Shown here: positions 1-8,388 of the stretch, piece after piece
Numbering within the stretch: position 1 is the first letter of the stretch
How the letters are laid out: the number at the start of each line of letters is the position of its first letter
Source: Desulfosudaceae bacterium
GTDB lineage: Bacteria > Desulfobacterota > Desulfobacteria > Desulfobacterales > Desulfosudaceae
Assembly: GCA_963674745.2 (NCBI GenBank)
Contig: CAXXDV010000001.1
Coordinates: forward strand, 448,001 to 512,000
Length of the DNA stretch: 64,000 bases
Direction of reading: 5' to 3'
Program-made: the position numbers and the translations under genes
Notes under the pieces: model-generated
Seen by the model: only the letters and a program-made list of their open reading frames with translations
The model's database searches: none
Told to the model about the DNA's origin: nothing

Positions 1-1736
1 GGTTCGCGGACAATCCCTTGTTCGGCCTGATGAATGAATCCCAAACCGGCCTGGACTGGATGACCTATGGTCAGGCAGGCAAACGGGTCGACCATTTGCG
101 GGGCGGCCTGGTGCAAAAAGGCATCGGCCCCGGGGACGTGGTCGGTTTTATCGGCAACAACCGTCCGGAATGGGCCATTACCGCTTTTGCCGCCTATGGC
201 GCCGGGGCCAGGTTCGTGCCCATGTATGAAGCCGAACTGGAAAGCACCTGGGCCTATATCATCAAAGACAGCGGTATCAAGCTGCTGGTTGTTTCCCGGC
301 CGGACATTTATGACAAGGTGTTTCGATTGACCCGGGACAACCCCGTTCTGGCCGATATTGCCGTCATCGAAACCCAAGGACAAGGATCTCTGGCCGAACT
401 GGAGTCCCTCGGGGAAGATCATCCGGCGCCCGCCATCCAACCGGCCAAAGACGATATCGCCGCCCTGATTTACACTTCCGGCACCACCGGCGAGCCCAAG
501 GGCGTGCTCTTAAGCCACGGCAATTTTACTTCCAACGCCCTGGCCGGCTATCATCTCTACCAGGATGTACTGGATGCCTCTTCGCGCAGTATTTCCATTC
601 TGCCCTGGGCCCATTCCTACGGCCAGACGGCGGAACTTTACAACTGGATGCTGTTCGGAGGATCAATCGGCTTCATGCGGTCCGTGGCCACCCTGGGTGA
701 TGATTTGACCCAGATCCGGCCCACCTTTATCATCGCCGTGCCGCGGGTGTTCAACAAAATATATGACGGCCTTTGGGCCAAGATGAACGAAACCGGCGGA
801 TTGGCCAAGGCCCTGTTTGAAATGGGCGTCGAGAGCGCCCGCCAAAAGCGGGAACTGGCCGACCGGGGCCGATCCGGTTTCTGGGTCAATCTCAAGTTCC
901 GGCTGGCCGATAAAATTGTTTTTCAGAAAATCCGGGACCGGTTCGGGGGAAGGGTCAAAGGCGCCCTGACCGCCAGCGCCCTGATGAATATCGATATCGC
1001 CCATTTTTTCTGGGATATCGGCATTCCCGTTTTTGACTGCTACGGGCTGAGCGAAACCTCGCCGGCGGTGGCCATGAACTGCTTCGCGGCTTACCGGTTC
1101 GGCAGCGTCGGTCGGCCGGTGGAGAACGTCCGGGTGGTCATCGACCAATCGGTGGTCGAGGACGGCAGCGACGATGGCGAAATTATTGTCTACGGTCCCA
1201 ATGTCATGCAGGGTTACCACAACAAACCCGAAGCCACCCGGGCGACCATGACCGACGACGGGGGGTTTCGCACCGGCGACCGGGGTCGCATTGACGAAGA
1301 CGGTTTCCTGTTCATTACCGGCCGCATCAAGGAACAATACAAACTGCAGAACGGCAAGTATGTCTTTCCCGGCGCCATCGAGGAAGATATCCGGCTGTTG
1401 CCCAATATCGCCAATGCCATGCTCTCCGGCGAGGGGAAAACCTTTAATATCTGCCTGGTGGTCCCCGATTTTGAGGTGCTGGGAAACTATGCCCGGCAGC
1501 AGGGCCTGCCCGATGAACCGCAGCAACTGGTACAGAATATGCAAATCCAGGACATGTTGTCGGCCGAAATTACCGGCTGGCTGAAAGGCAAATACGGCGG
1601 GTATGAAATTCCCAGAAAGTTCATCTTCCTGGCCGAAGATTTTACCCTGGAAAACGGTATGCTGACCCAGACCATGAAACTCAAAAGGCGTGTGGTCATG
1701 GACAAATACAGCCAGGACATCGAAGCCCTTTATTAA
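1..1736 (+). CDS. Long-chain fatty-acid--CoA ligase (AMP-binding), 5' end probably outside window
   Basis: YTSGTTGEPKG, YGLSET, FRTGDRG, GRIKE and LTQTMKLKR motifs; frame is open from the window start. Confidence 0.93.
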   Translation, partial: FADNPLFGLMNESQTGLDWMTYGQAGKRVDHLRGGLVQKGIGPGDVVGFIGNNRPEWAITAFAAYGAGARFVPMYEAELESTWAYIIKDSGIKLLVVSRPDIYDKVFRLTRDNPVLADIAVIETQGQGSLAELESLGEDHPAPAIQPAKDDIAALIYTSGTTGEPKGVLLSHGNFTSNALAGYHLYQDVLDASSRSISILPWAHSYGQTAELYNWMLFGGSIGFMRSVATLGDDLTQIRPTFIIAVPRVFNKIYDGLWAKMNETGGLAKALFEMGVESARQKRELADRGRSGFWVNLKFRLADKIVFQKIRDRFGGRVKGALTASALMNIDIAHFFWDIGIPVFDCYGLSETSPAVAMNCFAAYRFGSVGRPVENVRVVIDQSVVEDGSDDGEIIVYGPNVMQGYHNKPEATRATMTDDGGFRTGDRGRIDEDGFLFITGRIKEQYKLQNGKYVFPGAIEEDIRLLPNIANAMLSGEGKTFNICLVVPDFEVLGNYARQQGLPDEPQQLVQNMQIQDMLSAEITGWLKGKYGGYEIPRKFIFLAEDFTLENGMLTQTMKLKRRVVMDKYSQDIEALY

Positions 1737-1821
1737 AACTAAGGCATACGTCGTAGAAAATAAAATATATGGGACAATATAATAATCATTTTTGTAAGCC
1801 TTAAAGTCTTATAGGAGGTAC

Positions 1822-3213
1822 ATGTTTATGTCGTTCTCTTGCGCTGAATCCGTAAAAATCAGGCCGGTATTGCTCTTCGTTTTTCTTCTTTTCTCAATCA
1901 TCCTGCAGCCTGTGATTGCCTCGTCATCAACCGACCAGGAGCGATTACAAAGCACCCTGAGCGATAGCATGGAAGCGATCTGGACCGGGCAGGATTTCAG
2001 CCCGGAATTGGTACAGCGTCAAAAAGTGCTGAAAACCATGCTTTCTTCCGGAAGCGTAACAAAAGCCGAACTGCAAACCAGCCTGGGGAAAATCATTTTT
2101 TCTCTTTTGGATCGGGAAAAAACGACGCGATATATTTTAAGCAGCTTTCCCGAACGCCTTGAGTCCCTGTTGTCCCCTCTTCTCAAATGGGAAGATATCA
2201 AAGAAATACTCTGGCTCGAGGGGACATCCACGGTCAAAGAAGACGACCCCATTATTATCAAACTCGGTACCCTTGCCCCTTCCGGCACACCCTGGTTGAG
2301 CGTACCCGAAACCGTCTTTTTCCCTGAAATAGCGAGATTGAGCAACGACAAGGCCCGTGTAAAGATATACCCCGGCGGTGTTATGGGCGAGGACACCGAT
2401 ATCTTGAGGAAAATGGATATCGGTCAGCTTGACGCCTGCGGCTGTACGTCCCTCGGGGTCTGGGGGGCTTCACCGGACACCCTGGCAATGTTGATACCCG
2501 GCCTGTTCGACAATTACGAGGAAGTTGATTATATCAGTAAAAAGTTCCGAAAAAGGCTGGATAAAACCTTTGAGGAAAAAGGTTATATCCTGGCGGCCCT
2601 GATCGATACGGGCTTTTTCTACATGTTCTCCAAGAACAAAATAACCAGTTTGGCGGATTTGAAAAAGCAAAAGGTCCTGACATGGTTTCCCGCCATTGAG
2701 ACGCCGCTGTATAAAGAGCTGGGCATCAACGCCACCCCCGTAGCGGTGCCTGAAATCGTTTCCGCCTTGAGCACCGGCATGGCCGATACCAACCTGGCCC
2801 CGGCGGGCTGGATGCTGGGAATGCAGGCATACCAATATTCGAGCTTCTTCCTCAAGCTGCCGATATTTTATTCCCCCGGCGCGGTTATCGTCAGCACCCA
2901 GATAGAGAAAAGAATACAGAAACAGACGGGCAAATCCCAGACTTTTGCCCACAATATCAAAGAAATATTCGTATTTGAATTAACCCAGCTTGAAACGCAG
3001 TGGAAAGCCAAACTCAGGGATTACGAAAAAAAGTGCCTGCAGGCTTTTCAGACCAAATGCGGCATCAAAGCCATGACGCCCCCGCCCGAAGACCTGGCGG
3101 CCCTGAAAAACGCGGGTAAAGCGATTCGGGCACAACTGGCCGGACAGGATTTCCCGAAAGAGCTGATGGATGATATGCTCAAGGCGCTTGAGGAATACCG
3201 GGCTAAGCGTTAA
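1822..3213 (+). CDS. TRAP/TPAT substrate-binding protein (DctP/TatP-like) with N-terminal extension
   Basis: Signal peptide; KLGTLAPSGTPW and KIYPGGVMG motifs begin only about 145 aa in; paralog at 53423-54826. Confidence 0.8.
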   Translation: MFMSFSCAESVKIRPVLLFVFLLFSIILQPVIASSSTDQERLQSTLSDSMEAIWTGQDFSPELVQRQKVLKTMLSSGSVTKAELQTSLGKIIFSLLDREKTTRYILSSFPERLESLLSPLLKWEDIKEILWLEGTSTVKEDDPIIIKLGTLAPSGTPWLSVPETVFFPEIARLSNDKARVKIYPGGVMGEDTDILRKMDIGQLDACGCTSLGVWGASPDTLAMLIPGLFDNYEEVDYISKKFRKRLDKTFEEKGYILAALIDTGFFYMFSKNKITSLADLKKQKVLTWFPAIETPLYKELGINATPVAVPEIVSALSTGMADTNLAPAGWMLGMQAYQYSSFFLKLPIFYSPGAVIVSTQIEKRIQKQTGKSQTFAHNIKEIFVFELTQLETQWKAKLRDYEKKCLQAFQTKCGIKAMTPPPEDLAALKNAGKAIRAQLAGQDFPKELMDDMLKALEEYRAKR

Positions 3214-3280
3214 CCGGCCGACTTTCAGGTCAATAAACCGCTTTATCTTTTGGGTTCTTCTCCAATTTAGTGGGTACACA

Positions 3281-3338
3281 GGTTCAAGGGGTCGAGGGTC
3301 CAAGTGATTGTTTCGGTCTTGCCCCCTCGAGCCCTTGG
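3281..3338. repeat. Octamer-based intergenic inverted repeat (REP-like)
   Basis: caaggggtcgagggtccaag ... cttgccccctcgagcccttg imperfect inverted arms; related copies at 23263, 25774, 55263. Confidence 0.7.
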
Positions 3339-3438
3339 TCTTTTAAAAAACCATCGACTTCACTGAACATTATACAATTTGTCTGCTACCACTAATCGGG
3401 AGATGAACCATCTTTTTTTAAAACGCGGGTTATACGGA

Positions 3439-3905
3439 TCAAATATCCAGCGCAGCCAGAAATCCGCCATGGATGGCGTGATTCATTTTTCCCGGTTTAT
3501 CACCGTCACCGATGATGGCATAAGGAATGCCCAGTTTTTCGATTTTTTCGGAAACCCCCTTCACCGACCGGGACCCGGCCGCGTTGACAATATTGTCAAA
3601 CTGACGTTGATGTTCCTGCCCCTCTTTTTTGAACGTGAGCAGGCCGTTTTTAATGGAAACGACCTCCGCCTCGGTGATGATGCTTACCCCGTATTTCTGA
3701 AGTTCACTCATCAATACCCACTTGGTTGATTTACCCACGTCTTTTCCCGCTTTGGGCAACATCTCAAATACCGTCACACGGGAGGTGCCCTTAACAGGCA
3801 ATCTTCTTCAAGGAGGTCCCAGGCGGACATCACGTCGGGATCGTCAATACCCTCGATTGTTGGCATCAACGGTTCCGCGCCTCACGTCACAATCAGAGAA
3901 TCCGG
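3439..3905 (-). pseudogene. Truncated duplicate of the fadH 3' end
   Basis: 3439-3794 matches 8389-8744 (4 mismatches in 356 bp by eye); 3795-3905 matches 8896-9006 (about 15 mismatches in 111 bp) after a 151-bp deletion and contains an in-frame TGA. Confidence 0.9.
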
Positions 3906-3968
3906 ATATTTTTCTATGATATCACCAGCTGAATTTATTTAAACAGTTGAAACCACCCCACCAATAAG

Positions 3969-3998
3969 TTGACGAAGCGGTACCGGGTGTCGTACCAT
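3969..3998 (+). promoter_or_regulatory. Candidate sigma-70 promoter of the radical SAM cassette
   Basis: TTGACG-N18-TACCAT upstream of ATG 4056. Confidence 0.4.
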
Positions 3999-4055
3999 AA
4001 AAAATTATTTTTTACGGCATTTTACTTATATTTCTGATACGTTGATAATCCTGTC

Positions 4056-5552
4056 ATGGCTGATATTTTGTTGATATACCCCCGGGTCGGGGATATGGAT
4101 ATTATTCGGGATAAACCCCACATTCCTCTGGCTCTGATCCACGCGGCCACACTGGTAAGCCGGCATTACAGTGTCAAAATCATCGATTTACGGCTAACCA
4201 AATCCTGGCGCAAAGAACTGCGCCGTGAACTGGAAACTTCTCCCCTGCTTGTCGGCCTGTCAGTGATGAGCGGCCCCCCGATCGCCAGTGCCCTGATGGT
4301 GTCGCGTTTTATCAAAACGACCTGCGACATTCCGATCGCCTGGGGCGGTAACCACCCCACCTTGAGCCCTGAGACCACCCTGAGCAATCCGGCTGTGGAT
4401 ATGGTCGTCATCGGAGACGGAGAGGAGACCCTGTTGGAAACAGCCGACAGACTGACTGCAGAAAAACCGCTTGACGGGATAAAAGGGCTGTGGGTTAAAC
4501 AGGGCGGCCGGACTGTTCGGAACGAACCCCGCCCGCCCGCGGATTTAAACGCCATGCCTTTTCCACCGTATCACCTGGTGAACGCGGAGCACTATGTACA
4601 GCAATACAGAGAACGTCGTACCATCAACCTGGAAACATCTCGCGGTTGCCGGCATCGTTGCCGGTACTGTTATCATACCGGGGTCACCGGTCATCACCAC
4701 TTTCGGGCGCTCAAGGCCGACAAAGCGCTTGAATGGATTTTCCGGGTACGCGACCAGTTAAATGTGGACGGTGTTTACCTGGTAGACGATAATTTCTTCC
4801 TGGAAAAAGACCGGGGAATGACGATTGCTCGGGATATCGCGCAGGATTCCCTTGGGCCCTGCTGGCAGGTCCAGGGCGTTGATGTACCCAGCATGCTTTC
4901 TTTCAGCGATACGGAATTGAGCGTTCTGGAAGACAGCCGGTTGCTGCGTGTTTCTGTCGGAGCCGATTCCGGTAGCCCGGCGACCTTAAATTATATTCGC
5001 AAACCGCATACGGTGGACATGCTGATCAAGGCTAACCGGCGCTGGAGCCGGTACGCCATAAATGTAGCATACAGTTGGATAGCCGGATTTCCGAACGAAA
5101 CACTGGACGATGTCAGGCAGACCATTGCCATGATGTTTCAAATTATGAAAGAAAATCCTCATGCCAGGCTTTCCCCTTTATATAATCTGTTCCCCTTTCC
5201 GGGAACAACATTATGGGATGAAATGACAGATGATGATGGCAATGTTCTTTCCCCCTCCCTTGAGGAATGGAGCCATTATGATTTTAAACGGGTTAATGTC
5301 AGGTATCTGGACCCTTACATGAAAAAGTTGTTGAATAATCTTTATCTGCCCAGCCTGTGCCTGGACAAAAAGTTCGAGGATTATCAGGTTCCCGGTTGGC
5401 TCCGGCTGGCCATTCGTTTTTACAGGCCGGTGGCCTGGATGAGAATGAAAACCTTGTTTCACTATTTTCCGTTGGAAAAAGCCGTTGCATCATTACTATC
5501 TAATCTATTGTCGCCATCGGATAAACGGCCGAAGCTGCCATGGACCATGTGA
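4056..5552 (+). CDS. B12-binding radical SAM protein
   Basis: N-terminal cobalamin-binding-like region (WGGNHPT, GDGEETL); SRGCRHRCRYC CxxxCxxC; DDNF; IAGFPNET; PFPGT. Confidence 0.9.
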   Translation: MADILLIYPRVGDMDIIRDKPHIPLALIHAATLVSRHYSVKIIDLRLTKSWRKELRRELETSPLLVGLSVMSGPPIASALMVSRFIKTTCDIPIAWGGNHPTLSPETTLSNPAVDMVVIGDGEETLLETADRLTAEKPLDGIKGLWVKQGGRTVRNEPRPPADLNAMPFPPYHLVNAEHYVQQYRERRTINLETSRGCRHRCRYCYHTGVTGHHHFRALKADKALEWIFRVRDQLNVDGVYLVDDNFFLEKDRGMTIARDIAQDSLGPCWQVQGVDVPSMLSFSDTELSVLEDSRLLRVSVGADSGSPATLNYIRKPHTVDMLIKANRRWSRYAINVAYSWIAGFPNETLDDVRQTIAMMFQIMKENPHARLSPLYNLFPFPGTTLWDEMTDDDGNVLSPSLEEWSHYDFKRVNVRYLDPYMKKLLNNLYLPSLCLDKKFEDYQVPGWLRLAIRFYRPVAWMRMKTLFHYFPLEKAVASLLSNLLSPSDKRPKLPWTM

Positions 5553-5562
5553 GGACAAATCA

Positions 5563-8337
5563 ATGATTTCCCACAGGAACATATCAATGATGGTGACAAT
5601 AATCCTCCTCCCTTTTTTCCTCTTTCACTGGATGCTTCCTTTTCTTTCGCATATCTATCCGGACCAGGACTATATGGCGATGTTTGCCCTGCTTCAGACA
5701 GAATATCTTTTTGCCCTGAAAACCGGCACCTTCCCTCTGAATATCGTATGGAGCCAGGTGCAAAATAATCAATGGGGCTGTGTTTTTAATCCTTTTTTAT
5801 ATATAGCGGAAATGGTGCCCGGCTTTTCAACCGGCAGATCGCTGGATTGTGTTCTTTTTCTGCAAATGGTCCTGCTGGGCATCACACACCTGGCGCTTTT
5901 CCGCCTTTTACGGAAAATGCTTTTCCCGGTTTCAATCGCGTTCTTTCTGTCACTAATCACGGTCTATTCACCAAGACTGTTGCTGAGTTTTTCCGTAGGC
6001 GGGGCAGCTCATGTGTGGACCACTTATATTTTGTTATGTGTCGCCATCGGCTTCTACGGTCTGGACCATTCCGGATACAGCGGTCCGTTAGCAATCATTG
6101 GCCTGTCGTACTTGCTTATCAGTTCCGGTTATACCCAGGAGACCTATTTTGCTCTGCTGGGGACGGGATTATTTACATTGTCTTTCCCCTTTCTGCTGAA
6201 TGCCATCTTGCCAGACAGACCTGCAACAGGGAAAACCATGGCATTTTTCTGGAGGCATACGGCTGTCTTCTGCCTGATCGGGACACTGCTCTCCGCAGCT
6301 TTTATCCTGCCGTTTATGCTTGACAATTTTAAAGAAGTGGCCCTGAGCAGTCAGGCTTATGAAAAAGCCTGCCAGTTTTCAAGCAGCCCCTCCGAATTGA
6401 TCAGCAACTTCTTCTCCCCCTTTCGCGCATCACCTTCCGGCCTGCTGGGCAGTTCCCCACTGTTGCTGGCAGCCATGATCATCCCGGTTTCAGTTTTATG
6501 CCGGGCCAGGATTCCCGTAATTATCTGGGTTCTCTGGGGGACATCCTGTTTTCTCATGATCTGCATGCTAGGTGACAACACCCCGGTTCATTATTATGTC
6601 TGGAAATATCTCCCCCTTTATTCCGCCACCCGCTATGTCAATCGTGTCTCCATGATATTGCCCGTCCTACTTATGCTGCTGCTGATATGGCTGTTTAAAA
6701 GCGTGCCTGCGAATCAGGTTTCTATAAAAACGATCAAAGCCTCCCCGCTTTCCGTGCTGACGACCGTTGCCTTGCTGGCAACAATCTTTTACGCTTGCTT
6801 CATGATCAAACCGGTTGAAACACTTCAACCGTCTTTAACCAGAATGAATCTTGAAATCATCCCCGGTTGGGTTGAACCATTGCTGCTGATTTCAGGGCTT
6901 GTGATTCTTGTTGTCGTGACTGTCCATGGATTGAGGACAAAACCTTCAGTCAAACAATGGACCGGTTTTGTTCTCTGCCTTTTGACCTGCCTGCAACTGG
7001 TCGTTTTTTTCCGATACGCCCCATTAACACGCAAGAAACTGGAAACAAGAGATATCAGGACCTTTACACAGTACAAAGAGCAGAAACGCCAACATACTGA
7101 TTTGTTTCTGGGTAATTATATCCTTGGTTTTGAAAAAATATTGTTCCCGGGATACGCCGTTCGCCAGTTGGAGAAGGCCGGACCGCAACCGCTGCTGGCA
7201 AAAATATATGAAAAACACATAAACGTGACAGATATTGAAGAAGCCTACCAGATTCTGAGTCGGGGCAAAAAAGAAGATGTGCTGGTGGTAGCGGGTTATC
7301 CGGGCGGAAATGACGTTAACGCGACATCCCCACCCGGGGAAGCGGACGTCATGCCAGCCAGTGTCCGGCTGACTTACAACTCCAGCAACCGGCTGGTTTT
7401 TGAAGCCCGGGCCAACAGTCCCTCGTTTTTCATGTTCGCCTATCATCGCACCGGGCACTGGCAGGCCTTTGTCAACGGGAAGTCAGCGGCCTCTTATTAC
7501 GCCGACGGTAACGCTCATGCCGTCAAAATTCCGGCCGGGAGAAGCACGGTTGAATTCCGGTACCGGAGCAGCGCCGCCTTTGCTGGAATGTTGATCAGCT
7601 GCCTGACGTTGGCCGGCATCGGTTTGTTTTACGGTGTTTTTCGCACACGCGGACCGGTCGGATATGCCCTGGCCGTAATGTCTCTGATCTGCGGCGGCAG
7701 CCTGTTCTGTCTCTGGTATTCCAGCTTGTATGCCGGAGAGAACCTGGGTACGCATTACCTGTGGCAGGCCCCTGACAGGAATGCGCCCCGTAACATGGCT
7801 TACGGGAAACCGGTCCGGGCATCCCTTCCGCCGTTCGGTCCGTTGAGGCTGAACCTAATGCACGATGCCCGGTTCGCCGTTGACGGCGGTCACTCTTTTG
7901 CTTCCTGCTTTTCAACCGGAACGCAAACGTCTCCCTGGCTGGAGATAGATCTCCTTCATCCCCAACCCGTCGGTTCCATCGTGCTTTACGCAGACCTTCA
8001 GGGCCTGGAAACGAACAATATTGTCTGGTATACTCAAGACAGTGTCAAAATTGCCCGGGAATATGACTTTCTAATATTTGAAAAATCACCCGTCGCCTTC
8101 AACCTGCCTCCGTTAACGATATCGGTATCTGCGGATCACACGCATTGGGAAACGACTCAACTGCATGGACTGATTAAGGGAAAACCGCTGACCATAAGGC
8201 CCCAAAATCCCCTCACGGCTCGATACATACGTATTACCGCCTCCGGAGAATGCCGGTTGTGTTTAAATGAAGTGGAAATCTATCCACCGGGATATGCCTC
8301 TGACAAAGAGCCCCTTGATTTATGCCCGGACAGATAA
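5563..8337 (+). CDS. YfhO-like polytopic membrane protein (GT-C-like) with C-terminal discoidin/F5-8-type domain
   Basis: Many TM segments; WQAFVNG..AVKIPAG..VEFRY YfhO-like C-terminal motif; NMAYGKPV..AVDG..PWLEIDL..ARYIRI..LNEVEIY discoidin pattern; start moved to ATG 5563 after GAGGA. Confidence 0.7.
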   Translation: MISHRNISMMVTIILLPFFLFHWMLPFLSHIYPDQDYMAMFALLQTEYLFALKTGTFPLNIVWSQVQNNQWGCVFNPFLYIAEMVPGFSTGRSLDCVLFLQMVLLGITHLALFRLLRKMLFPVSIAFFLSLITVYSPRLLLSFSVGGAAHVWTTYILLCVAIGFYGLDHSGYSGPLAIIGLSYLLISSGYTQETYFALLGTGLFTLSFPFLLNAILPDRPATGKTMAFFWRHTAVFCLIGTLLSAAFILPFMLDNFKEVALSSQAYEKACQFSSSPSELISNFFSPFRASPSGLLGSSPLLLAAMIIPVSVLCRARIPVIIWVLWGTSCFLMICMLGDNTPVHYYVWKYLPLYSATRYVNRVSMILPVLLMLLLIWLFKSVPANQVSIKTIKASPLSVLTTVALLATIFYACFMIKPVETLQPSLTRMNLEIIPGWVEPLLLISGLVILVVVTVHGLRTKPSVKQWTGFVLCLLTCLQLVVFFRYAPLTRKKLETRDIRTFTQYKEQKRQHTDLFLGNYILGFEKILFPGYAVRQLEKAGPQPLLAKIYEKHINVTDIEEAYQILSRGKKEDVLVVAGYPGGNDVNATSPPGEADVMPASVRLTYNSSNRLVFEARANSPSFFMFAYHRTGHWQAFVNGKSAASYYADGNAHAVKIPAGRSTVEFRYRSSAAFAGMLISCLTLAGIGLFYGVFRTRGPVGYALAVMSLICGGSLFCLWYSSLYAGENLGTHYLWQAPDRNAPRNMAYGKPVRASLPPFGPLRLNLMHDARFAVDGGHSFASCFSTGTQTSPWLEIDLLHPQPVGSIVLYADLQGLETNNIVWYTQDSVKIAREYDFLIFEKSPVAFNLPPLTISVSADHTHWETTQLHGLIKGKPLTIRPQNPLTARYIRITASGECRLCLNEVEIYPPGYASDKEPLDLCPDR

Positions 8338-8388
8338 AGAATGTTTTCAGACGGCATCACTTCCTTAATGTAAAAAATTCATTGTTGC

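Noticed and set aside
663..1544. Long antisense ORFs (also 21239-22084, 28104-28817, 29730-30806, 42218-43057, 56096-57157 and others)
   Set aside because: Shadow frames of well-supported genes in GC-rich coding DNA; no recognisable motifs
3379..3729. Near-identical + strand ORFs at 3379-3729 and 8419-8679
   Set aside because: Antisense by-products of the duplicated fadH 3' end
3439..3801. 120-aa ORF as a functional small gene
   Set aside because: Its start arises at a deletion junction and the upstream homologous frame has a stop; treated as a pseudogene
5485..5562. Extended starts given by the ORF track (also 13403, 13552, 29662, 36629, 55343, 57631)
   Set aside because: They overlap neighbours, promoters or repeats, or a downstream ATG gives a more plausible start
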